Source of the DNA: Shigella phage Shfl2
DNA: 64,000 nucleotides
Sequence record: HM035025
Direction: 5' to 3' (one strand)
Shown here piece by piece: positions 7,660 to 18,891 of this stretch. The translations under genes and the position numbers were made by a program. Below the pieces are notes generated by a model, which saw only the letters and a program-made list of their open reading frames with translations, did no database searches and had not been told where the DNA came from. Every line of letters begins with the position of its first letter. The stretch's first letter is position 1.

Positions 7660-8190
7660 TTAAACTTCTGCTATAATTTTGCCATCTTTTTCTACTTGAA
7701 AATACGTATAAGGAATCGTTGCTGTGCATACTAAGGCTGGGTCTGAATCTTCCGTGTAGCTAAATTCTACTTCAGACAGGTCAGAAACCCAAGGCTTATA
7801 AAAATTTATTGACATCACGATTTCAGTTTTACTATTATCTAAAATGTAAAGCGTAATGTATTCAGGACCTGTTTTTTGGGCAGTATTTTCGCCTGTAAGA
7901 TAGTTACTAGTTCCTAGCATCCATTCATACATTCCTATCCACGACTTAAGCTCTTCATCAACTATAAATCTCACGATGAGTGGGTCGTACTCAAATGTAA
8001 CACCTGGACGTTGTGCTCGGCCTAGTCCAAACGGCCCAGTCACGGTATCAATAACAGGTATCCTAATTCCCGGAATAGGAACTGACTGAGCATTTAAAGT
8101 AAAAGCGGATGTAGTATTACTATGCGGTATTGATACTACAAAGTTAGTTGTATTTGCTTGGTTAAAAATTTGTTGTAGTGCTTGCGACAT
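7660..8190 (-). CDS. 3: Gp3 tail completion / tube terminator protein, 176 aa
   Basis: Track ORF 7660..8271 is TTG-initiated; ATG at 8188-8190 with GAGGA RBS gives 176 aa, the T4 gp3 length. Confidence 0.85.
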   Translation of the reverse strand: MSQALQQIFNQANTTNFVVSIPHSNTTSAFTLNAQSVPIPGIRIPVIDTVTGPFGLGRAQRPGVTFEYDPLIVRFIVDEELKSWIGMYEWMLGTSNYLTGENTAQKTGPEYITLYILDNSKTEIVMSINFYKPWVSDLSEVEFSYTEDSDPALVCTATIPYTYFQVEKDGKIIAEV

Positions 8191-8296
8191 ATATTCCTCA
8201 TAATGCTTCATAAATGTTGGTGGTATAATGGGTCTAAGTCCCTTCCATTCAATTCCAATTAGAACAAACAATAGAAAAGAATGGAAGATAATAGAA

Positions 8297-9121
8297 TTAG
8301 ATATTTGACCAGACTTTGTTTGCAGAGAAACGTTTTCCTTTTGAAACGAACTGCTGAAGTGGCATCAACACAACGTTCGCCCAGTCTTTCGGGGCGATTT
8401 CAACAAGGCTACCCATAATATTACCGGGTATATATGCCTTAATCATTTGGTCTGCACCCCTAAATCCTTTCACTTGACTCCAATCAATTTTTAATTTCGT
8501 TTTATTAGTAATAGTAGGTGTATTTGCATATTGCTTTAAAAGCTCTTCTAGGAATTGCTGACGAGCTTTAGGTGGAATATAGTGCAAGTTTAATCCGTAC
8601 ATTAAATTATGCTTACCTAAACCAAGGTAAATTATCAAAGGAAATTTATCCCAATAAGGAAGAGTTTCCTTGTGTTTAGCATCATAAGCAAAAGCATATA
8701 TTCGTCCCGGCTGCGGGCGAACAACTTTATGTCCTTTTACTTGCTTAATAGTTTCAGCAAACCACTTTCTGGTTTTATTATTAATTGCTGCACCTTCATT
8801 ACGAATTTTATCATGCAACGTTTGCCTGAATGAATTTATCATAAGCAGTTGTCTTTCTTGCTTATTGAGCTTATTCATTGGTTTTGATTCAAGCTTTTGA
8901 ATCTTTTCAGCCGTTTTAATTCCCGAAGCATATTTTGACATTGCCGAAGTAAACGTAGAGTATTTGATTCCTCTTTCTTCAGCAAATTGCTTTCCTGTCA
9001 TTCCTTTTGCTTTGGCCTTTTTATATTCAAGACCTATCTGAATCCATTTCTTTTCGTTTAATGATTGCTTAACCTTTGGAACTTGGGGAGTGCTTTCATT
9101 AATTATTTGAAAAATAGCCAT
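8297..9121 (-). CDS. 2: Gp2 DNA end protector protein, 274 aa
   Basis: Length and synteny match T4 gp2. Confidence 0.85.
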   Translation of the reverse strand: MAIFQIINESTPQVPKVKQSLNEKKWIQIGLEYKKAKAKGMTGKQFAEERGIKYSTFTSAMSKYASGIKTAEKIQKLESKPMNKLNKQERQLLMINSFRQTLHDKIRNEGAAINNKTRKWFAETIKQVKGHKVVRPQPGRIYAFAYDAKHKETLPYWDKFPLIIYLGLGKHNLMYGLNLHYIPPKARQQFLEELLKQYANTPTITNKTKLKIDWSQVKGFRGADQMIKAYIPGNIMGSLVEIAPKDWANVVLMPLQQFVSKGKRFSANKVWSNI

Positions 9122-9573
9122 TATGCCCCCTTAAAGCCAAGAGCTCGTAATCCATCTTCTGTTAGAATTCTAAATTTTATTCCACGCTTTTCAGCTAAAG
9201 ATTGCGCTGCTTTCCATTTGTCAGTGTTCACAGACCAGGTATAAATTTCATTCATAAATCTTTTCTTCGCTGCGGTTGTTAGATGTGCTGGTTTAACTGG
9301 TGGTTGTGTTTCTTTTTTAGGTTTTATTTCAATAAAAAATTCTTGTCCAGAAGAATCTTTCATCCAAATATCCATGAAGTATCTACGTTTTTTCCCTTCT
9401 GCATTACAAAAATAAGGAATTACTGCTGTTTCACTACCCCATGCAATAATTTCTGGATTTTTATCTAACCATTCAAAAAAGAATTTTTCCCAATTTGATC
9501 TATACGTAATTTTTTTAGGGTCACCTCTATACTTTGATATATTTTTAGGAACCCATTTTCCAGAATATGCCAT
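9121..9573 (-). CDS. 4: Gp4 head completion protein, 150 aa
   Basis: Length and synteny match T4 gp4. Confidence 0.85.
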   Translation of the reverse strand: MAYSGKWVPKNISKYRGDPKKITYRSNWEKFFFEWLDKNPEIIAWGSETAVIPYFCNAEGKKRRYFMDIWMKDSSGQEFFIEIKPKKETQPPVKPAHLTTAAKKRFMNEIYTWSVNTDKWKAAQSLAEKRGIKFRILTEDGLRALGFKGA

Positions 9574-9584
9574 TGGATTCTCCT

Positions 9585-9607
9585 TATAAATAGATAATAT
9601 ATTTATA
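9585..9607. promoter_or_regulatory. Divergent late promoters: TATAAATA on plus (9585-9592, gene 53) and on minus (9600-9607, gene 4)
   Basis: Exact TATAAATA on both strands in the 47-nt gap between genes 4 and 53. Confidence 0.7.
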
Positions 9608-9620
9608 AACAGGAGGGCCC

Positions 9621-10211
9621 ATGCTCTTTACATTTTTTGATCCGATTGAATATGCGGCCAAAACGGTGAATAAAAACGCGCCGACTATTCCTATGACAGA
9701 TATTTTTAGAAACTATAAAGACTATTTTAAACGCGCTCTTGCGGGATACCGCTTACGTACTTATTATATTAAAGGTTCACCACGCCCGGAAGAATTAGCA
9801 AATACTATATATGGAAATCCACAGTTGTATTGGGTTTTATTGATGTGTAATGATAATTATGACCCGTATTATGGATGGATTACTTCGCAAGAAGCTGCTT
9901 ATCAAGCATCTATACAAAAATACAAAAATGTAGGTGGAGACCAAATAGTATATCATGTAAATGAGAACGGTGAAAAATTTTATAATTTAATATCATACGA
10001 TGATAATCCATATGTTTGGTATGACAAAGGCGATAAAGCTAGAAAATATCCTCAATATGAAGGAGCACTTGCTGCGGTCGATACGTATGAAGCGGCTGTT
10101 CTTGAAAATGAAAAACTTCGTCAAATAAAAATAATAGCAAAATCAGACATCAATTCATTTATGAACGACCTTATACGTATAATGGAGAAATCTTATGGAA
10201 ATGATAAGTAA
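9621..10211 (+). CDS. 53: Gp53 baseplate wedge subunit, 196 aa
   Basis: Length and synteny match T4 gp53. Confidence 0.9.
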   Translation: MLFTFFDPIEYAAKTVNKNAPTIPMTDIFRNYKDYFKRALAGYRLRTYYIKGSPRPEELANTIYGNPQLYWVLLMCNDNYDPYYGWITSQEAAYQASIQKYKNVGGDQIVYHVNENGEKFYNLISYDDNPYVWYDKGDKARKYPQYEGALAAVDTYEAAVLENEKLRQIKIIAKSDINSFMNDLIRIMEKSYGNDK

Positions 10212-11922
10212 TAACCTTAATTGGTTTGTTGGTGTTGTTGAAGATAGAATGGACCCGTTAAAATTAGGTCGTGTTCGTGTTCGTGTGGTTGGTTTGCATC
10301 CACCTCAAAGAGCACAAGGTGATGTAATGGGTATTCCAACTGAAAAATTACCATGGATGTCAGTTATTCAACCTATAACTTCTGCAGCAATGTCAGGAAT
10401 TGGAGGTTCTGTTACTGGACCGGTAGAAGGAACTAGAGTTTATGGTCATTTTTTGGACAAATGGAAAACTAACGGAATTGTCCTTGGCACGTATGGTGGA
10501 ATAGTTCGCGAAAAACCGAATAGACTTGAAGGATTTTCTGACCCAACTGGGCAGTATCCTAGACGTTTAGGAAATGATACTAACGTACTAAACCAAGGCG
10601 GAGAAGTAGGATATGATTCGTCTTCTAACGTTATCCAAGATAGTAACTTAGACACCGCAATAAATCCCGATGATAGACCACTATCAGAGATTCCAACTGA
10701 TGATAATCCAAATATGTCAATGGCTGAAATGCTTCGCCGTGATGAAGGATTAAGACTAAAAGTTTATTGGGATACTGAAGGATATCCGACAATTGGCATT
10801 GGTCATCTTATCATGAAGCAGCCAGTTCGTGATATGGCTCAAATTAATAAAGTTTTATCGAAACAAGTTGGTCGTGAAATTACTGGAAACCCAGGTTCTA
10901 TTACAATGGAAGAAGCGACGACTTTATTTGAGCGTGATTTGGCTGATATGCAACGTGATATTAAATCACATTCTAAAGTAGGACCAGTCTGGCAAGCTGT
11001 CAACCGTTCTCGCCAAATGGCATTAGAAAATATGGCATTTCAGATGGGTGTTGGCGGTGTAGCTAAATTTAACACAATGTTAACTGCTATGTTAGCAGGA
11101 GATTGGGAAAAAGCATATAAAGCCGGTCGTGATTCATTGTGGTATCAACAAACAAAAGGCCGTGCATCTCGTGTTACCATGATTATTCTTACAGGGAATT
11201 TGGAATCATACGGTATTGAAGTGAAAACGCCGGCTAGGTCTTTGTCTGCAATGGCTGCTACTGTAGCAAAGTCTTCTGATCCAGCTGACCCTCCTATTCC
11301 GAATGATTCGAGAATTTTATTTAAAGAACCTGTTTCTTCATATAAAGGTGAATATCCGTATGTTCACACAATGGAAACTGAAAGCGGTCATATTCAGGAA
11401 TTTGACGATACCCCGGGACAAGAACGATACAGATTAGTTCATCCGACTGGAACATATGAGGAAGTATCACCGTCAGGAAGAAGAACAAGAAAAACTGTTG
11501 ATAATTTGTATGATATAACAAATGCTGATGGTAATTTTTTGGTAGCTGGCGATAAAAAGACTAACGTCGGTGGGTCAGAAATTTATTACAACATGGATAA
11601 TCGTCTCCACCAAATAGATGGAAGCAATACAATATTTGTACGTGGCGATGAAACTAAGACAGTTGAAGGTAATGGAACTATCCTAGTCAAAGGTAATGTT
11701 ACTATTGTAGTTGAAGGTAATGCTGACATTACAGTTAAAGGAGATGCTACCACTTTAGTTGAAGGTAATCAAACTAACACAGTAAATGGAAATCTTTCTT
11801 GGAAAGTTGCTGGGACAGTTGATTGGGACGTTGGTGGTGATTGGACAGAAAAAATGGCATCTATGAGTTCTATTTCATCTGGTCAATACACAATTGATGG
11901 ATCGAGGATTGACATTGGCTAA
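10195..11922 (+). CDS. 5: Gp5 baseplate hub subunit and tail lysozyme, 575 aa
   Basis: Contains lysozyme motif LRLKVYWDTEGYPTIGIGHL and C-terminal VxGxxxxx beta-helix repeats; length matches T4 gp5. Confidence 0.95.
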   Translation: MEMISNNLNWFVGVVEDRMDPLKLGRVRVRVVGLHPPQRAQGDVMGIPTEKLPWMSVIQPITSAAMSGIGGSVTGPVEGTRVYGHFLDKWKTNGIVLGTYGGIVREKPNRLEGFSDPTGQYPRRLGNDTNVLNQGGEVGYDSSSNVIQDSNLDTAINPDDRPLSEIPTDDNPNMSMAEMLRRDEGLRLKVYWDTEGYPTIGIGHLIMKQPVRDMAQINKVLSKQVGREITGNPGSITMEEATTLFERDLADMQRDIKSHSKVGPVWQAVNRSRQMALENMAFQMGVGGVAKFNTMLTAMLAGDWEKAYKAGRDSLWYQQTKGRASRVTMIILTGNLESYGIEVKTPARSLSAMAATVAKSSDPADPPIPNDSRILFKEPVSSYKGEYPYVHTMETESGHIQEFDDTPGQERYRLVHPTGTYEEVSPSGRRTRKTVDNLYDITNADGNFLVAGDKKTNVGGSEIYYNMDNRLHQIDGSNTIFVRGDETKTVEGNGTILVKGNVTIVVEGNADITVKGDATTLVEGNQTNTVNGNLSWKVAGTVDWDVGGDWTEKMASMSSISSGQYTIDGSRIDIG

Positions 11923-11956
11923 TATACTTCCAATGAGCGCTGATTTAGGAGAATCC

Positions 11957-12451
11957 ATGGAAGGTTCTTCTATCGACGTCACCTTTACCGCTCAATTAGA
12001 AACAGGTGAAACGTTAGTATCTATAAATATAACTAGTTACGAAGAAACTCCTGGGGTTTTAGTAGAAGAAAATCGCTTATATGGAACATATGAATCTGTA
12101 TTTGGTTTCGGAAATGACGCGTTGAAATATCGTTTAGGCGATGAATTTAAAACTGCTGCTTCATGGGAAGAACTTCCTACTGATTCTGATACTCAGTTGT
12201 ATTTGTGGAAAGCTCCTCAGAACCTCCAGAAGACATTCACTTACGAAGTAACATTGATATATGACTACCAAGAACAAGGTGAATCTGGAGGTTCTGGCAG
12301 TAATTCTAGGTCATCTTCTGATACTACTGAACCAACTGATCCTCCTGCTCCAATAAGAAAAACTCTTGTTAAAAATTATACAAAAACTATAGTTGGAAAT
12401 TGGAGTCGTTGGGCTAATAAATTGAGAAGCTATGTATATGAGAGGCCATAA
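11957..12451 (+). CDS. 5.1: Gp5.1-like protein; start uncertain (alternatives 11897 or 11933)
   Basis: Track ORF 11894..12451 is TTG-initiated and overlaps gene 5; ATG at 11957 follows GGAGAATCC. Confidence 0.5.
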
Positions 12452-12745
12452 ATGTCAGGATTAAGCTATGATAAGTGTGTTACTGCTGGTCATGAAGCAT
12501 GGCCTCCAACAGTTGTGAATGCCACACAAAGTAAAGTATTCACTGGAGGAATTGCTGTTCTCGTAGCAGGTGATCCAATTACAGAACATACAGAAATTAA
12601 AAAGCCATATGAAACACATGGCGGAGTGACACAACCTAGAACTTCTAAGGTATATGTCACTGGAAAGAAAGCTGTTCAAATGGCTGATCCAATATCATGC
12701 GGTGATACTGTGGCTCAGGCATCATCTAAAGTATTCATTAAATAG
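12452..12745 (+). CDS. 5.4: Gp5.4 PAAR-repeat spike-tip protein, 97 aa
   Basis: Length and position match T4 gp5.4. Confidence 0.85.
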
Positions 12746-12753
12746 GATTTAAA

Positions 12754-14736
12754 ATGGCAAATACCCCTGTAAATTATCAATTAACAAGAACAGCAAATGC
12801 TATTCCCGAGATATTCGTCGGGGGTACATTTGCTGAAATAAAACAAAACCTCATTGAATGGCTTAATGGTCAAAATGAATTTTTGGATTATGATTTTGAA
12901 GGCTCGAGATTAAACGTTCTGTGCGACCTTTTGGCTTATAATACATTATACATTCAGCAGTTTGGTAATGCTGCCTTGTATGAAAGCTTTATGCGTACTG
13001 CTAACTTACGTAGTTCAGTAGTTCAAGCGGCACAAGATAATGGATATTTACCTACTTCAAAATCAGCTGCTCAAACTGAAATTATGCTAACTTGTACAGA
13101 CGCATTGAATAGAAATTACATTACTATTCCTCGTGGTACTCGCTTTTTAGCATATGCAAAGGATACTTCCGTTAATCCTTACAACTTTGTATCTACCGAA
13201 GATGTTATTGCTATTCGTGATAAAAATAACCAATATTTTCCACGTTTAAAGTTGGCTCAGGGACGTATAGTAAGAACTGAAATCATTTATGATAAATTAA
13301 CACCTATTATCATTTATGACAAAAATATAGATAGAAACCAAGTTAAACTATACGTTGATGGAGCAGAATGGATTAACTGGACAAGAAAGTCAATGGTTCA
13401 TGCTGGTTCTACATCAACAATTTACTACATGCGTGAAACTATTGATGGAAATACTGAGTTTTATTTTGGTGAAGGTGAGATTTCTGTTAACGCGGCAGAA
13501 GGAGCATTGACCGCTAATTATATTGGAGGTCTTAAACCTACTCAGAACTCTACGATTGTTATTGAGTACATCAGTACTAACGGTGCAGATGCGAATGGCG
13601 CAGTCGGATTTTCATATGCAGATACATTAACAAATATAACTGTCATCAACATTAATGAAAATCCAAACGACGACCCAGATTTTGTCGGAGCAGATGGCGG
13701 CGGTGATCCAGAAGATATTGAGCGTATTCGCGAATTGGGTACTATTAAACGTGAAACTCAGCAACGATGCGTAACTGCGACTGACTACGATACATTCGTT
13801 TCAGAGAGATTTGGTTCTATTATTCAAGCTGTTCAGACTTTCACTGATTCTACTAAACCTGGGTATGCATTTATTGCTGCTAAACCTAAATCAGGTCTGT
13901 ATTTAACTACCGTACAGCGTGAAGATATTAAAAATTATCTCAAAGACTATAATTTAGCTCCTATCACACCATCAATTATTTCTCCTAATTATCTTTTTAT
14001 TAAGACTAATTTAAAAGTCACATACGCTTTAAATAAGCTGCAAGAATCCGAACAGTGGCTCGAAGGTCAAATAATTGATAAAATTGATCGTTATTATACC
14101 GAAGATGTAGAAATTTTTAACTCGTCTTTCGCTAAATCTAAGATGTTAACTTATGTAGATGATGCAGATCATTCTATCATTGGTTCATCAGCGACAATTC
14201 AAATTGTTCGTGAAGTACAAAATTTCTATAAAACTCCTGAAGCGGGTATTAAATACAATAATCAAATAAAAGACCGTTCTATGGAATCTAATACGTTTTC
14301 ATTTAATTCTGGACGAAAAGTTGTAAATCCTGATACTGGTTTAGAAGAAGATGTATTATACGATGTTCGCATAGTATCAACAGACCGAGATTCTAAAGGA
14401 ATTGGTAAAGTTATTATTGGTCCATTTGCTTCTGGCGATGTTACAGAAAATGAAAACATTCAGCCGTATACAGGCAACGATTTTAACAAATTAGCAAATT
14501 CTGATGGACGCGACAAATACTATGTTATCGGTGAAATAAATTATCCAGCTGACATGATTTATTGGAATATCGCTAAAATTAATTTAACATCTGAAAAATT
14601 TGAAGTTCAGACTATTGAATTATATTCTGACCCAACCGATGATGTTATCTTTACTCGCGATGGTTCACTGATTGTATTTGAAAATGACTTACGTCCACAA
14701 TACTTAACTATCGATTTGGAGCCTATATCACAATGA
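12754..14736 (+). CDS. 6: Gp6 baseplate wedge subunit, 660 aa
   Basis: Length and synteny match T4 gp6. Confidence 0.9.
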   Translation: MANTPVNYQLTRTANAIPEIFVGGTFAEIKQNLIEWLNGQNEFLDYDFEGSRLNVLCDLLAYNTLYIQQFGNAALYESFMRTANLRSSVVQAAQDNGYLPTSKSAAQTEIMLTCTDALNRNYITIPRGTRFLAYAKDTSVNPYNFVSTEDVIAIRDKNNQYFPRLKLAQGRIVRTEIIYDKLTPIIIYDKNIDRNQVKLYVDGAEWINWTRKSMVHAGSTSTIYYMRETIDGNTEFYFGEGEISVNAAEGALTANYIGGLKPTQNSTIVIEYISTNGADANGAVGFSYADTLTNITVININENPNDDPDFVGADGGGDPEDIERIRELGTIKRETQQRCVTATDYDTFVSERFGSIIQAVQTFTDSTKPGYAFIAAKPKSGLYLTTVQREDIKNYLKDYNLAPITPSIISPNYLFIKTNLKVTYALNKLQESEQWLEGQIIDKIDRYYTEDVEIFNSSFAKSKMLTYVDDADHSIIGSSATIQIVREVQNFYKTPEAGIKYNNQIKDRSMESNTFSFNSGRKVVNPDTGLEEDVLYDVRIVSTDRDSKGIGKVIIGPFASGDVTENENIQPYTGNDFNKLANSDGRDKYYVIGEINYPADMIYWNIAKINLTSEKFEVQTIELYSDPTDDVIFTRDGSLIVFENDLRPQYLTIDLEPISQ

Positions 14737-17700
14737 CAGTAAAAGCACCTTCAGTCACTAGTCTCAGAATTTCCAAGTTATCCGCAAATCAGGTGCAAGT
14801 ACGCTGGGATGACGTTGGTGCTAATTTCTACTATTTTGTAGAAATCGCTGAGACAAAAACAGACTCGGGGGAAAAACTCCCGAGTAATCAATACAGATGG
14901 ATTAATTTAGGATATACAGCAAATAATAGTTTCTTTTTTGATGATGCTGATCCATTAACAACATACATTATTAGAGTAGCTACAGCTGCGCAAGATTTTG
15001 AGCAGTCTGATTGGATTTATACAGAAGAGTTTGAAACTTTTGCTACAAATGCTTATACATTTCAAAACATGATTGAAATGCAATTAGCCAATAAATTCAT
15101 TCAGGAAAAATTTACTCTTAATAATTCTGATTATGTTAATTTTAATAATGACACCATAATGGCTGCATTGATGAATGAATCGTTCCAGTTCAGCCCATCG
15201 TATGTTGATGTCTCATCAATAAGTAATTTTATTATTGGTGAAAATGAATATCATGAAATACAAGGTTCTATTCAGCAAGTATGTAAGGATATTAACCGAG
15301 TTTATTTGATGGAATCAGAAGGGATTCTATATCTTTTTGAGCGCTATCAACCCGTAGTTAAAGTATCTAATGATAAAGGACAAACCTGGAAAGCTGTAAA
15401 GCTCTTCAATGACCGCGTAGGATATCCTTTATCTAAGACAGTATATTACCAATCTGCAAACACAACATACGTTCTAGGATACGACAAGATTTTCTATGGC
15501 CGTAAATCGACTGACGTTAGATGGTCAGCAGATGATGTCAGATTCAGTTCTCAGGATATAACATTTGCTAAACTTGGCGACCAGTTACATTTAGGATTCG
15601 ATGTTGAAATCTTCGCTACTTATGCTACTTTACCAGCGAATGTATACCGTATAGCTGAGGCTATTACTTGCACGGATGATTATATCTATGTTGTTGCCAG
15701 AGACAAAGTTAGATACATAAAAACGAGTAATGCACCTATAGATTCTGACCCATTATCTCCAACATATTCGGAAAGACTTTTTGAACCTGACACAATGACT
15801 ATAACCGGAAATCCTAAAGCAGTATGCTATAAAATGGATTCTGTTGGTGATAAAGTTTTTGCTCTTATTATTGGTGAAGTTGAAACATTAAATGCTAATC
15901 CGAGGACTTCAAAAATAATTGATTCCGCTGATAAAGGAATATATGTTTTAAACCATGATACGAAAACATGGAAAAGAGTTTTTGGCAATACTGAAGAAGA
16001 AAGAAGACGTATTCAACCTGGATATGCGAATATGTCAACTGATGGTAAATTAGTTTCTCTGTCTTCGAGTAATTTTAAATTTTTAAGTGATAATGTTGTT
16101 AATGACCATGAAACTGCAGCAAAATATCAGTTAATTGGTGCCGTCAAATATGAATTTCCTCGTGAATGGTTAGCTGATAAGCATTATCATATGATGGCAT
16201 TTATAGCGGATGAAAAATCTGATTGGGAGACTTTTACTCCTCAACCAATGAAATACTACGCAGAACCGTTCTTTAACTGGTCTAAAAAATCTAACACGCG
16301 TTGTTGGATAAACAACTCTGATAGAGCTGTAGTAGTTTATGCTGATTTAAAATACACCAAAGTTATAGAAAATATTCCGGAAACATCACCAGATAGATTA
16401 GTTCATGAATACTGGGATGATGGCGATTGCACTATAGTAATGCCAAATGTTAAATTCACTGGATTTAAAAAATACGCATCAGGAATGCTTTTCTACAAAG
16501 CCTCCGGTGAAATAATTTCTTACTATGATTTTAGCTATCGTGTGAGAGATACAGTAGAAATTATTTGGAAGCCAACTGAAGTATTTTTAAAAGCATTTTT
16601 ACAAAACCAAGAGCATGAGACTCCTTGGTCACCAGAAGAAGAGCGTGGACTAGCTGACCCCGATTTAAGACCATTAATTGGCACAATGATGCCTGATTCT
16701 TATTTGCTACAGGATTCGAATTTTGAAGCATTTTGCGAAGCATATATTCAGTATCTTTCTGATGGATATGGAACTCAGTATAACAATTTACGAAATTTAA
16801 TTCGTAACAAATATCCACGAGAAGAGCATGCATGGGAATATTTGTGGTCAGAGATATATAAAAGAAACATTTATTTAAATGCTGACAAACGTGATGCTGT
16901 TGCAAGATTTTTCGAATCACGTAGCTATGATTTTTATTCTACTAAAGGAATTGAAGCATCATACAAATTTCTTTTTAAAGTTCTTTATAATGAAGAGGTT
17001 GAAATTGAAATTGAATCTGGGGCTGGTACTGAATATGATATAATCGTTCAATCTGATTCTTTGACTGAAGACTTAGTAGGACAAACGATTTATACAGCTA
17101 CAGGAAGATGTAATGTTACTTATATAGAAAGAAGCTATTCTAATGGTAAATTGCAATGGACCGTAACTATTCATAATCTTTTGGGACGATTAATTGCTGG
17201 TCAAGAAGTTAAAGCAGAAAGACTTCCTAGTTTTGAAGGCGAAATTATTCGTGGGGTTAAAGGAAAGGATTTGCTTCAAAATAATATAGACTATATTAAT
17301 AGAAGTCGATCATATTATGTAATGAAAATTAAATCCAATTTACCTTCTTCTCGTTGGAAATCTGACGTTATTCGTTTTGTTCATCCAGTAGGATTTGGAT
17401 TTATAGCAATTACCCTTTTAACGATGTTTATTAATGTTGGTTTAACTCTTAAACATACAGAGACTATAATTAATAAATACAAAAACTATAAATGGGATTC
17501 TGGATTGCCTACTGAATATGCCGATAGAGTAGCTAAATTGACTCCAACTGGTGAAATTGAGCATGATTCAGTAACAGGCGAAGCAATTTATGAGCCTGGC
17601 CCAATGGCTGGCGTAAAATATCCTCTTCCTGATGACTATAATGCTGAAAATAATAATTCAATATTTCAAGGTCAATTGCCGTCTGAACGACGTAAATTAA

Positions 17701-17831
17701 TGAGTCCTTTATTTGATGCATCTGGAACAACATTTGCTCAATTTAGAGATTTAGTTAATAAACGTCTAAAAGACAATATAGGAAATCCAAGAGACCCTGA
17801 AAATCCAACACAGGTTAAAATAGATGAATGA
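14733..17831 (+). CDS. 7: Gp7 baseplate wedge initiator, 1032 aa
   Basis: Length and synteny match T4 gp7. Confidence 0.9.
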   Translation: MTVKAPSVTSLRISKLSANQVQVRWDDVGANFYYFVEIAETKTDSGEKLPSNQYRWINLGYTANNSFFFDDADPLTTYIIRVATAAQDFEQSDWIYTEEFETFATNAYTFQNMIEMQLANKFIQEKFTLNNSDYVNFNNDTIMAALMNESFQFSPSYVDVSSISNFIIGENEYHEIQGSIQQVCKDINRVYLMESEGILYLFERYQPVVKVSNDKGQTWKAVKLFNDRVGYPLSKTVYYQSANTTYVLGYDKIFYGRKSTDVRWSADDVRFSSQDITFAKLGDQLHLGFDVEIFATYATLPANVYRIAEAITCTDDYIYVVARDKVRYIKTSNAPIDSDPLSPTYSERLFEPDTMTITGNPKAVCYKMDSVGDKVFALIIGEVETLNANPRTSKIIDSADKGIYVLNHDTKTWKRVFGNTEEERRRIQPGYANMSTDGKLVSLSSSNFKFLSDNVVNDHETAAKYQLIGAVKYEFPREWLADKHYHMMAFIADEKSDWETFTPQPMKYYAEPFFNWSKKSNTRCWINNSDRAVVVYADLKYTKVIENIPETSPDRLVHEYWDDGDCTIVMPNVKFTGFKKYASGMLFYKASGEIISYYDFSYRVRDTVEIIWKPTEVFLKAFLQNQEHETPWSPEEERGLADPDLRPLIGTMMPDSYLLQDSNFEAFCEAYIQYLSDGYGTQYNNLRNLIRNKYPREEHAWEYLWSEIYKRNIYLNADKRDAVARFFESRSYDFYSTKGIEASYKFLFKVLYNEEVEIEIESGAGTEYDIIVQSDSLTEDLVGQTIYTATGRCNVTYIERSYSNGKLQWTVTIHNLLGRLIAGQEVKAERLPSFEGEIIRGVKGKDLLQNNIDYINRSRSYYVMKIKSNLPSSRWKSDVIRFVHPVGFGFIAITLLTMFINVGLTLKHTETIINKYKNYKWDSGLPTEYADRVAKLTPTGEIEHDSVTGEAIYEPGPMAGVKYPLPDDYNAENNNSIFQGQLPSERRKLMSPLFDASGTTFAQFRDLVNKRLKDNIGNPRDPENPTQVKIDE

Positions 17832-18828
17832 TTCAAGTGTTATCTATCGTGCGATAGTTACTTCAAAATTTAGAACAGAAAAAATGTTGAATTTTTATAA
17901 TTCAATTGGAAGTGGTCCGGATAAAAACACTATCTTTATCACATTTGGAAGATCAGAACCGTGGTCATCAAATGAAAATGAGGCGGGCTTTGCCCCGCCT
18001 TATCCAACCGATTCTGTATTAGGTGTAACTGACATGTGGACTCATATGATGGGAACAGTAAAAGTTCTTCCATCAATGCTTGATGCTGTTATTCCTCGCA
18101 GAGATTGGGGAGATACTAGATATCCGGATCCATACACATTTAGAATTAATGATATTGTAGTGTGTAACTCAGCTCCTTACAACGCTACTGAATCAGGCGC
18201 AGGCTGGTTAGTATATCGTTGTTTAGATGTTCCTGATACCGGAATGTGTTCAATCTCATCTTTAACTGATAAGGATGAATGCCTTAAGTTAGGTGGAAAA
18301 TGGACTCCTTCTGCTAGGTCAATGACTCCTCCTGAAGGTCGAGGAGATGCTGAAGGAACAATTGAGCCCGGAGACGGGTATGTGTGGGAATATCTATTTG
18401 AGATTCCGCCTGATGTATCTATAAATAGATGCACGAATGAATATATCGTAGTTCCTTGGCCTGAGGAATTAAAAGAAGACCCGACTAGATGGGGATATGA
18501 AGATAATCTCACTTGGCAACAAGATGATTTTGGATTAATTTACCGTGTTAAGGCAAATACTATCCGTTTTAAAGCATATTTAGATTCAGTTTATTTTCCT
18601 GAAGCTGCACTGCCGGGAAATAAAGGATTTAGGCAAATATCAATAATCACGAATCCTCTTGAAGCTAAAGCTAATCCAAATGACCCAAACGTTAAAGCTG
18701 AAAAGGATTATTATGATCCGGAAGATTTAATGAGGCATTCGGGCGAAATGATTTATATGGAAAATAGGCCACCTATTATCATGGCAATGGATCAAACAGA
18801 AGAAATCAATATTCTGTTTACATTTTAA
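17824..18828 (+). CDS. 8: Gp8 baseplate wedge subunit, 334 aa
   Basis: Length and synteny match T4 gp8. Confidence 0.9.
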   Translation: MNDSSVIYRAIVTSKFRTEKMLNFYNSIGSGPDKNTIFITFGRSEPWSSNENEAGFAPPYPTDSVLGVTDMWTHMMGTVKVLPSMLDAVIPRRDWGDTRYPDPYTFRINDIVVCNSAPYNATESGAGWLVYRCLDVPDTGMCSISSLTDKDECLKLGGKWTPSARSMTPPEGRGDAEGTIEPGDGYVWEYLFEIPPDVSINRCTNEYIVVPWPEELKEDPTRWGYEDNLTWQQDDFGLIYRVKANTIRFKAYLDSVYFPEAALPGNKGFRQISIITNPLEAKANPNDPNVKAEKDYYDPEDLMRHSGEMIYMENRPPIIMAMDQTEEINILFTF

Positions 18829-18833
18829 CTTAA

Positions 18834-18857
18834 GGGAGCCCATGGGCTCCCTTTTTC
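18834..18857 (+). terminator. Perfect palindrome GGGAGCCCATGGGCTCCC followed by TTTTT, terminator after gene 8
   Basis: Sequence read at 18834-18856. Confidence 0.6.
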
Positions 18858-18859
18858 TT

Positions 18860-18867
18860 TATAAATA
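18860..18867 (+). promoter_or_regulatory. Late promoter TATAAATA for gene 9
   Basis: Exact TATAAATA about 25 nt upstream of gene 9 start. Confidence 0.65.
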
Positions 18868-18891
18868 CTATAAACTCATAAGGAAACCGCT

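Noticed and set aside
7660-8271. N-terminal extensions of track ORFs for gp3, gp11 (21548), gp20 (32868), uvsW.1 (45165) and the 3612..4010 ORF
   Set aside because: All begin with TTG in the track; internal ATG codons with Shine-Dalgarno sequences give the T4 product lengths (176, 219, 524, 76 aa) and avoid overlap with tRNA-Arg.
11650-11800. Periodic DNA repeats near the 3' end of gene 5
   Set aside because: They encode the known VxGxxxxx beta-helix repeats of the gp5 needle, not a non-coding repeat element.
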